A program made the translations under genes and the position numbers. A stretch of DNA of 64,000 nt, from positions 90,286 to 154,285 of the forward strand of contig DAOLDE010000007.1 of NCBI GenBank assembly GCA_035327545.1, written 5' to 3'. Each line of letters opens with the position of its first letter. Position 1 is the first letter of the stretch. Shown here piece after piece: positions 48,939 through 56,876 of the stretch. The stretch comes from Pyrinomonadaceae bacterium. GTDB taxonomy: Bacteria; Acidobacteriota; Blastocatellia; Pyrinomonadales; Pyrinomonadaceae. The notes below the pieces were generated by a model. That model did not search any database, was not told where the DNA came from, and saw nothing but the letters and a program-made list of their open reading frames with translations.

Positions 48939-50474
48939 TTAGTTCGGCGTGTCCGTGCGTTGAAAGCCGGACAATCTCGCCACCACGCCGACGATCAGCA
49001 GGCCGACGGCTGCCGTTAGGCCGACCTTAAAGAGAAATGGTATCAGCAACCCGTAAAATGCCTCATAAGAGATCGCCATTAAAAGCATAAAGTACATGGT
49101 GGCACGCCAGATCGTCCGCGGTTGATCTTCTATGAGCGATCTGTAAATGAAACGAATTATTATGCCGAACAAGAACATACCGATCGGAACACCTACGGGT
49201 CCGTAATTTCTCAACAGGTCTCCGATGGGTGTGATAGCGAATGAATTGTCGCCGTAATCGAAATATAGGTCGCTATATTTTCGCGGCTCGGAGGCGATCG
49301 GTTTTTCGTCCCACAAGATCCTTGGAATAAAAAAGGTGCTCAGATCTTTCCAGATATTATTGTCCAGACCATAGCTCTCTTCATATGGTGCCAGCTGTTC
49401 ATAATTGGAAACGACCACAGCAACTGAGCTGAGTGTGTCCAGGCGCTCGGCAAGCCCGAGCAATGCCATTTGCAGGCTATTCCCAACGTCGAACTTGCCG
49501 ACCTGATCGATCGTCTCGAAAATATTCTCCGTGTACTGCTCGATCGACGTTTGGGCCTCTGTGCCCTTTATATGGCGAAAGGTCGTGCCGTAGATCATTC
49601 CCGCGATCAGACAAACTGAGAGTATTATTCCCGCGAAGACCGTACGGCGAAAATTCAATCTTCTCCCTGAAAGCAAGAAGGCGAGTATGACGATGATGAA
49701 GACTTGAAGCAGCGAAGCGCGATTTCCTGAGATCAGGGCCTTCCCTATGGTAGCGAGTAACAGCAGGGAGACGAGAACGACTGCACGAACATCAAAAGTT
49801 CCACGCTTAAAGATCACGTACCAAAGTATGAACGATCCCTGCATCCAGAAAAGCGTCGTCAGAAAAACGATTCCGTCGTAAGACTCGATCGCGTCCGAAC
49901 GCTGATACCCAATGACACCAATAATAAGTGCTCCGATGGTATTGAAGGTGCCCAGAATCAGCAGAAAAAGGCCCGGCATGAGCATGACCGACGAATCAAA
50001 GTCGCGTCGTGGAATTATCCTGCTTACCGCGGCTCCGGCCCTCACCCCAAACGGCGTGAAATAACCTGCTGCGAGCCCGGCAAAACCGAGCATGATCAGT
50101 GCGATCGTATATGGCAGATTAAACTCGGCATCCTGGATAAAGGTGAGGTAATAGGGATCAGACCATCCGGCAGTCAACATCAATCCGCCGATAACAAATG
50201 CCGGGAAGAAGTATGACCAGGTCGCAAAGACAAGAGGATCATAAAGAGTCAATCGCCCGCGATAATGAAGGATCAAAGTCGGAGTTGCCAGGAGTGCCAG
50301 CAGGCCGAAGATCCACGGTAACAGATAGACAAAGGGTAAGGATGCGGTCAGATCGCTGCTGAGAAGGCCACCAACGACACCCAGAAACGCCGCGATCCCC
50401 ATCATCAACGCCCCCCCAAGCAGAAATCGACGCTGAGCATCCGCAGTATCTGTTTTTCTTAACGCTGTCGCCAT
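48939..50474 (-). CDS. polytopic membrane protein, probable oligosaccharide repeat-unit polymerase (Wzy-like)
   Basis: At least 10 hydrophobic segments and location inside the polysaccharide locus. No sequence motif verified. Confidence 0.45.
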   Translation of the reverse strand: MATALRKTDTADAQRRFLLGGALMMGIAAFLGVVGGLLSSDLTASLPFVYLLPWIFGLLALLATPTLILHYRGRLTLYDPLVFATWSYFFPAFVIGGLMLTAGWSDPYYLTFIQDAEFNLPYTIALIMLGFAGLAAGYFTPFGVRAGAAVSRIIPRRDFDSSVMLMPGLFLLILGTFNTIGALIIGVIGYQRSDAIESYDGIVFLTTLFWMQGSFILWYVIFKRGTFDVRAVVLVSLLLLATIGKALISGNRASLLQVFIIVILAFLLSGRRLNFRRTVFAGIILSVCLIAGMIYGTTFRHIKGTEAQTSIEQYTENIFETIDQVGKFDVGNSLQMALLGLAERLDTLSSVAVVVSNYEQLAPYEESYGLDNNIWKDLSTFFIPRILWDEKPIASEPRKYSDLYFDYGDNSFAITPIGDLLRNYGPVGVPIGMFLFGIIIRFIYRSLIEDQPRTIWRATMYFMLLMAISYEAFYGLLIPFLFKVGLTAAVGLLIVGVVARLSGFQRTDTPN

Positions 50475-50523
50475 TAAATCGATCGACTATATTCCGTCCG
50501 CCAAGCCTTGTTTTGCCGCTTTT

Positions 50524-52080
50524 TTAATCCGAACGAATGATCTCCCAAGCTTCCCGCTCGCGTCCATCGTAGGGGGTAAAAGAACGAACTCGTTGATAGT
50601 TAGCGGTTAAGAAAAGATAAAGCGGCTTAAGCCGTTCATCGTCGGCCATTCGCTCCATTTCTGGTGTCCAGGCTCCATCCCAAATGATAAAACGTGGCCT
50701 TTCCCTTTTCAAATCTTCTATTGCCCATGCCACATGGTGCGGTGGAGAATATCCTGTGTTCAAGAGTATCGACATTCTCGTCGGATTTTGCAGCGCAAGT
50801 GGAAAATTGACGTGACAAACATATACTTCAAATACCTTATCACCTGGAGCTGAGTTCGCAAGAAGCCATTCGTAGCGTTCGCCTATCACCCGCGAGAGGA
50901 ATACTATGCGTCCGCTGGGCGTGTCGAGCGCCATCGTATCCCAAGCAAATTGGGTGCGGATCCCGAGGGAGAGTCCGAAGACCATTAAGACAACTATTGC
51001 CAATTTTATGCGGGCGCCTGTCAGAAATTCGCTTTGCCACAATAGCCAAACGAACACTATCAACGCAGGAAGCGATATCTGATAAAGCCTCATTACGTTC
51101 GGTCCCGTGGTTCCGAGAACCAGAAAGAGGCCGATCAAAATGGTGAGTAGCACCGGGGCGGTTCGTTCGAACCTTTCTGCGCGTCTCTTTGTCCAGACAT
51201 ACGCCAAGGATACGACATAGACCAGTGGAATAAGCAGCGAATAGAAGATCGTAACTGCGAGCATCGTAAAACCTGCTGCTCGCAGCTTAGAGATCGTCGA
51301 GAAATATGTTCGCCAACTATTTGTGTAAGGATCCTGAGAATAGGCCGAGATGAATAGTATCGTGTCCTCAATGAACTTAGATAAGCCGACCGGATATACG
51401 TATGGAGCAAGAAGGAAGATCAAAGTCACGCCGAAGGCACCGACAAGAACCACCCATGAGCAAAGAAGCCGCTTCCAGTTGCGGTCCTTGAACCCGACTT
51501 CTATGAGTAGAAAAAGACCAACGGCAGCTAGTACAAGGAGCCCGCGCTGCTGGGTGAAAAAACTTGCGAGTGCGCACGCGACCCCGGCCAGGGCGATCGT
51601 CGGATAGCTTCGAACTTTTAGAAGGAGAAAAAGTGCCAGCCAAGCAAAAATAGGACTCATCATTCGGTGTTCTGCATCGACACCGAACCACCGGAATCCG
51701 AAGAAAATGTAAATAGCTGAGGGCAAGTAGGCCGCGAATGAATCAGCTATCACCCTCCTCGAGATCACAACTCCTAGATATGCAGAGATCATTCCGTGGA
51801 GAATGATGAACGCACTGATCAACCAATATTTTGCCCCGAATATTTTGATCAGCAGTGCGAAAATGCTGATCGAACCTGGGAAAATAAACTCCCAAAAATC
51901 CTGATAGATAGCTTCGCCGCCTGCGACCCGGCTGGCCTCGTAGATCATCTTTATGTGATCGGCCTCGTAATAGATCGGAGTCGTGGGAAAGATAAAGACC
52001 TGAAGGTAAAGAAAACAAAAACATGCCGCATAGAAGATGGCCTTTAAGGTCAAGGAAGGGCTTGTTTCGCTGATCGCCAT
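50524..52080 (-). CDS. polytopic membrane protein with C-terminal soluble domain (possible GT-C-type glycosyltransferase)
   Basis: About 11 hydrophobic segments, then a ~110-aa hydrophilic tail. Family not recognised. Confidence 0.4.
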   Translation of the reverse strand: MAISETSPSLTLKAIFYAACFCFLYLQVFIFPTTPIYYEADHIKMIYEASRVAGGEAIYQDFWEFIFPGSISIFALLIKIFGAKYWLISAFIILHGMISAYLGVVISRRVIADSFAAYLPSAIYIFFGFRWFGVDAEHRMMSPIFAWLALFLLLKVRSYPTIALAGVACALASFFTQQRGLLVLAAVGLFLLIEVGFKDRNWKRLLCSWVVLVGAFGVTLIFLLAPYVYPVGLSKFIEDTILFISAYSQDPYTNSWRTYFSTISKLRAAGFTMLAVTIFYSLLIPLVYVVSLAYVWTKRRAERFERTAPVLLTILIGLFLVLGTTGPNVMRLYQISLPALIVFVWLLWQSEFLTGARIKLAIVVLMVFGLSLGIRTQFAWDTMALDTPSGRIVFLSRVIGERYEWLLANSAPGDKVFEVYVCHVNFPLALQNPTRMSILLNTGYSPPHHVAWAIEDLKRERPRFIIWDGAWTPEMERMADDERLKPLYLFLTANYQRVRSFTPYDGREREAWEIIRSD

Positions 52081-52180
52081 CTTGAATGAGACCTGATCAG
52101 AACATCGGTACGACCGAGCTCACGATCTGCAAGTACTCTTGTATTGACAGTTGTCGGAAGGGTTAAACTCTTTGAATTTT

Positions 52181-53194
52181 TCAAACGGAAACAGCATCGA
52201 TCTTTGCTGCCTGGCCGGGATTCTCGTATGCCGCCCTCACTTGTTCCTCGATCCACTGATAAGTTACAGCAAGGCCGTCCTCTAGTGTGACGGATGGTTC
52301 CCAGCCGAGCACACTTCGCAGCAAGGAGTTGTCCGAATTTCGACCGCGCACGCCTTGAGGCCCATTCACATGTTTCTTCACTATGCTTATCCCGGCGATC
52401 TTAGCTATCCTATCCGCAAGCTGATTGATAGATATCATTACGTCCTGACCTAGATTTATCGGGTCCGTATGGTCTGAACGCATGATCCGATAGATACCCT
52501 CGACACAATCGCTTACGTAGCAAAACGATCGAGTCTGTTCGCCGTCGCCCCATATTTCGATCTCGCTTTCGCCCGCGAGTTTTGCCGCAGCGATCTTACG
52601 GCACAGTGCTGCAGGCACCTTTTCCCGGCCGCCTTCCCACGTCCCTAGCTCGCCGAAGATGTTGTGGAATCTGACGACGCGAGTGTCAAGCCCAAAATCG
52701 TCGCGATAATGCGTACACATCCGTTCGGCCATCAGCTTTTCCCAACCGTAAGCATCCTGCGGAAAGGCTGGGTAGGCATCTTCCTCTTTTAGGGGACGAA
52801 CATCTTCCGATTCCTGCAGATGAAGCGGATAGATGCAGGCCGAGCTGGTGTACAAAAATCGCTGAACGCCGTTCACTCGAGCGGCCTCGATGGTGTGGAT
52901 GTCGATGAGCGAGTTATTTCGAAGGATCTCCGCATGGTGCTGTGAAATATAACCCATGCCCCCCATGTCGGCCGCTAGCGCATAAACCTCTTCGACTCCT
53001 GAAACTGCCGAAAGACAATTTTCCGGATCGCGAAGATCCAGGAGAAGGAATTCATCGGCGTTGGAATCCGAGAATTCCGGATACTTAAGATCAATGCCTC
53101 GTACCCAATAATCCTTGTTCTTGAGAAATGTGACAAGATGGTTTCCGATGAACCCCCCGGCTCCGGTGACGGCCACCCTAGTTTTCAGATCCAT
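52181..53194 (-). CDS. GDP-mannose 3,5-epimerase-like NAD-dependent epimerase
   Basis: VTGAGGFIGNHL...LAADMGGMGYI...ARVNGVQRFLYTSSACIYP...PQDAYGWEKL...RFHNIFGELGTWEGGREKVPAALCRK parallels plant and bacterial GME from memory. ATG 53194 avoids overlap with the Wzc gene. Confidence 0.7.
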   Translation of the reverse strand: MDLKTRVAVTGAGGFIGNHLVTFLKNKDYWVRGIDLKYPEFSDSNADEFLLLDLRDPENCLSAVSGVEEVYALAADMGGMGYISQHHAEILRNNSLIDIHTIEAARVNGVQRFLYTSSACIYPLHLQESEDVRPLKEEDAYPAFPQDAYGWEKLMAERMCTHYRDDFGLDTRVVRFHNIFGELGTWEGGREKVPAALCRKIAAAKLAGESEIEIWGDGEQTRSFCYVSDCVEGIYRIMRSDHTDPINLGQDVMISINQLADRIAKIAGISIVKKHVNGPQGVRGRNSDNSLLRSVLGWEPSVTLEDGLAVTYQWIEEQVRAAYENPGQAAKIDAVSV

Positions 53195-53219
53195 ATAATT
53201 CGGTAGTGGGATAGGCTTC

Positions 53220-55703
53220 CTAAACGGGCTCGTCGCTGTTATAGGCATTCCTATGATAATAGGTTTGATAATAGTAATAATTATCCTGCGACCTGAGGTT
53301 CACGTTGTTCAGAACAACGCCCAGAATTCGCGCACCTACGTCCTGTAGCAGGACCCTAGCACGACGAACCACCTGACGCGAGCTCTTCCCGGAATGAACT
53401 ACAAGGATCACGCCATCTACCATCGATGCGATCAAGACGCCGTCGGTAAAAGATGTGATCGGGGGGGAATCGATCACGACGTGGGTATAGTGTTTCTGCA
53501 GCCTTTTTAATAAATTAGCCATCTGTTCCGAACCGATCAATTCTGCCGGATTCGGCGGTATTGGGCCGGAGGTGAGCAAATGCATTTTTGTTCCATCGTC
53601 CGTCTGGACAACTCGCGTAATGTCAGCATCTGTGCTCTCACTTGATAAAAGGGTGCTCAGCCCCTCGCCATTTGGTAAGTTGAATACGGAATGAAGCCGC
53701 GGTCGCCGCATATCCGCATCAATTATCAGAACGTTCGCTCCTGTCTGAGCGAGACTGATCGCCGTGTTTGTTGCGGTCGTTGTCTTGCCTTCCGATGGCA
53801 AACTAGAAGTAACCAACAGCGATTTAGGTGGATGCCCAGCTGTTGAAAGCAATATTGAAGTTCTAAGCTGTCTGTAAGCTTCCGAAAGGCCCGAACGCGA
53901 ATCCGAATAAATAAGAAGTTCCGAATTCGGCCGTTCTTCGCCCTCCTCGTTCGAGCCGACCAGAAGAAGTTTTCGCTTCGGCATCGATTCGATCGTAGGA
54001 ATGGCCGCGAGGGCAGGAAGCTGAAGATAATTTTCGATCTCTTCAACTGTTCGGATAGTGTCGTCCAGATATTCAAGGAACACGGCGAGGCCCATTCCGA
54101 AGAGTGTGGACAAGAGAAGGGCCGCTAGTACTGTCATCATCCGTCGCGGGGCGACCGGGGTATTATCAGGAATCGCAAATCCGGCGACGCTGATGTTATT
54201 GTCCGAGCCGCGTGCAGCAATGTCGTTCCCGCTTTGCTTTTCGAGAAGCTCTTTGAGAAAAGCCTTATTTGCGTTCAGATTCTGCTCCAAAAGTTTGATG
54301 GTCACAGCTCCGCTGTTCTGCGATTGTGTTTTCGCATATTGAGCATCGTAGGCAGCCCGAATCTTCGACTCGTTATCAAGGGCCTTCGTGAAGGTCGTCT
54401 GAAGGTTATTAAGAACGTCCTTTGAAGCCCGGTTCCGATACTCGTTGATCTCGTCGTTCGTTTTGGTAAGCAGGTCATCAAGCGACGTTTTCAGGCTTTG
54501 GATCTGTTTATCAACCTCTTTTACGGGCTCTGTATTTTCATGAAACGTTTCGAGCAGCTTGGCCTTCTGTGATTGCAGATCAGCTATCCTCTTTTCTGTC
54601 TCGTTACGGACGTTCACCCGCGAATTCTCTTTTTCGGTAATAAAGCGGCCAAGAGAAGCCTCGACCATCGATTTCAGCCGATCCGGTGAATTTTTGACCG
54701 AGAAGAGCTCGGCCTCTGCATTCGTGCGGAGGAGTTCGGCCGCCAATTTCTCGCGATTCAATCCGGCAAGCCGCTCAATCTCGATGGTCTGCTCGCCCGT
54801 TATATTTATAATTCCGTATGTCTTGCGAAGCTCGTGCAGTTTCAGCTCGTCTGCTCTTATTTCGCTCTGTAGGTCGGCGATTCGCCCCTGGAGAAAATCG
54901 CTCGTCTTTCGGCTTGTGCCGGTTCGCCTTTCTTGATTGTAATTCGTGAACGTCTCACAGATCCCATTTGCAACGAATGCGGCCAGTTCGGGGTCCTGGC
55001 TTGTGAACGAGATATCGATCAGTCGAGTATCCTTAACGGTCACCCTCGATTCGCGCACGGGATCCGAACTGAGGTTCTTCTTTATGATGTCTACGTACGG
55101 AGCAAGACGAACGGCTTCGGCGATCTCATCGGCAGAAACAAGCGTAGAATTTGTTCCCCCAGGAGCAGCATCGACTCTCCTGGGATCTTGCTTTACCTCG
55201 TCGCGGGCAAGCCCGACAGCTTTGAGCATTGCTCGCCACGGCGATGTCATGCCTTCGCTCTTTAGACGCTGAAACTCCGGATTGGAATCGAGCCGATGCT
55301 CCTTGACGACGCGGCGAAGAAGAGCATCGCTGTTCAGGAGCTGAAGCTGAGTGTTGAAATACGACGGGTCGGCCGTGAGCAGCGGCCTTTGTCGGTCGGT
55401 GACAAGGTCCGGATTTGTCTGCTCCATATCGACCTGGATAGTAGCCCTTGCCGAGAAAACATTCGGCTTTCGGGCCATATATATCGCAGCAAGGGTCGTA
55501 ACGAGCACGGCAATTCCTACAACCAGCCAGATCCGTTTACGAATGGCCCGCCAGTAGTCTAGGATCTGGATCCCTTCCTGCGCGTAGGTCTCACGATAGG
55601 CCGGATAACGGCCCGTTTGAGCTACGATCTGAGGCTCGAATGGTCGGTCGAATTCAAAAAAATCGCTCTTAGGCTGAGGTACCAATTCTCGACTTTCTTT
55701 CAT
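53220..55703 (-). CDS. polysaccharide co-polymerase / tyrosine autokinase (Wzc/GumC-type, PCP-2a)
   Basis: N-terminal TM, a long coiled-coil periplasmic region and a second TM. BY-kinase Walker A SSLPSEGKTTTATNTA. Tyr-rich tail QDNYYYYQTYYHRNAYN. Confidence 0.85.
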   Translation of the reverse strand: MKESRELVPQPKSDFFEFDRPFEPQIVAQTGRYPAYRETYAQEGIQILDYWRAIRKRIWLVVGIAVLVTTLAAIYMARKPNVFSARATIQVDMEQTNPDLVTDRQRPLLTADPSYFNTQLQLLNSDALLRRVVKEHRLDSNPEFQRLKSEGMTSPWRAMLKAVGLARDEVKQDPRRVDAAPGGTNSTLVSADEIAEAVRLAPYVDIIKKNLSSDPVRESRVTVKDTRLIDISFTSQDPELAAFVANGICETFTNYNQERRTGTSRKTSDFLQGRIADLQSEIRADELKLHELRKTYGIINITGEQTIEIERLAGLNREKLAAELLRTNAEAELFSVKNSPDRLKSMVEASLGRFITEKENSRVNVRNETEKRIADLQSQKAKLLETFHENTEPVKEVDKQIQSLKTSLDDLLTKTNDEINEYRNRASKDVLNNLQTTFTKALDNESKIRAAYDAQYAKTQSQNSGAVTIKLLEQNLNANKAFLKELLEKQSGNDIAARGSDNNISVAGFAIPDNTPVAPRRMMTVLAALLLSTLFGMGLAVFLEYLDDTIRTVEEIENYLQLPALAAIPTIESMPKRKLLLVGSNEEGEERPNSELLIYSDSRSGLSEAYRQLRTSILLSTAGHPPKSLLVTSSLPSEGKTTTATNTAISLAQTGANVLIIDADMRRPRLHSVFNLPNGEGLSTLLSSESTDADITRVVQTDDGTKMHLLTSGPIPPNPAELIGSEQMANLLKRLQKHYTHVVIDSPPITSFTDGVLIASMVDGVILVVHSGKSSRQVVRRARVLLQDVGARILGVVLNNVNLRSQDNYYYYQTYYHRNAYNSDEPV

Positions 55704-55715
55704 ATGGTTCCGGCA

Positions 55716-56663
55716 CTAAAACGGACGGTAAAACAATCCTCCAAGCCCCTGCGAAAAGCTCTTGGCCACATTGTTGAGAATACTCTTTGCTCTGTCTTCC
55801 GACAGGGCGACGATGTCATTGGGTTGAAGAAAAGGATCATCGGCCTTTCCTCTATTGATAGCATTCAGGTCAACGATGATCTCGTCCGTCTCGATCCCGC
55901 CGGGCTTCTGCCTGATTATTCTAACGCGGTCCTTATCTGTTGCGGCCCTGATGCCCTTTGCCGAAGCGATCGCTTGCCGAAGCGTCATGGGTTGTCTCAT
56001 AACGACCTGGCCCTGCTCGTTGACGTTGCCATAGACAAACACGATGTCGGCCGGCAGCACTGAGACGATATCATTAGGCTGCATAGCCAAAGACTCTTTA
56101 CCTTCTTGAAGGTCTCTTATATTAAAACTGTAAAGGCCTATCGGATCGGCGTCGCTATTTCCTTCCTGACATTGGTAATTGGTCCCAGGTCGAAATACCA
56201 CAAGGCGCGACCCTGCGTCCTTGGATGGACCGCCCGCAAGTGCCAAAAGTTCCAGCAACTGGACCCGTCTCGAAATGTAGAAGTTATTGGGCTTTTCCAC
56301 GGCACCCATCACCGCTACAGACTGTGACATCTGCTCCGTGACGATAACGTTGACTTCCGGGTTTCGGAGATACTCCTTTTTGTATGCTTCGGTTATCACG
56401 TCCGCCAGTTCGCGCTCGGTCTTACATACTGCAACGACTGGTTCGGTGATCTTGAAAAGGGTTATCGTTCCATTTGGATTTACGGCCACGGTCTGGTTAA
56501 GATCCGGATGCCGAAAGACCTGAACATTGATCTTGTCTCTAAGCCCGATACGATATCTATCTTCCTGCCGGTTCTGCTGGTTTTCAGGCGTTGTCTGGGC
56601 CGAGATTGCCGCCGCGTTAAGACATAAGCCTGCGACCAATAAAGCTGTGAACTTGGAATTCAT
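55716..56663 (-). CDS. polysaccharide export outer-membrane protein (Wza-like, Poly_export + SLBB)
   Basis: Signal peptide MNSKFTALLVAGLCLNAAAISAQ. YRIGLRDKINVQVF. Repeated SLBB-like NDIV..LP motifs. ATG 56663 is preferred to 56774. Confidence 0.8.
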   Translation of the reverse strand: MNSKFTALLVAGLCLNAAAISAQTTPENQQNRQEDRYRIGLRDKINVQVFRHPDLNQTVAVNPNGTITLFKITEPVVAVCKTERELADVITEAYKKEYLRNPEVNVIVTEQMSQSVAVMGAVEKPNNFYISRRVQLLELLALAGGPSKDAGSRLVVFRPGTNYQCQEGNSDADPIGLYSFNIRDLQEGKESLAMQPNDIVSVLPADIVFVYGNVNEQGQVVMRQPMTLRQAIASAKGIRAATDKDRVRIIRQKPGGIETDEIIVDLNAINRGKADDPFLQPNDIVALSEDRAKSILNNVAKSFSQGLGGLFYRPF

Positions 56664-56876
56664 TTCCAGACTCCTTAAAATTTTCTTAAAGCCAATAATT
56701 TTAAGGCTTTGATAGCCGTGTAGGGCTAAAAGTTGTTTACAATATCGGCAAATCGCCACCCGGGGACCGAACAAAAAAATAGTTTAGCAAACCCCGCAAC
56801 CTTTGAAAACCAAAGAATTTAATTCTATGGGGGATTTAAGATAGACTCAACAAGGGCCTCAAATATACAAACTGCG

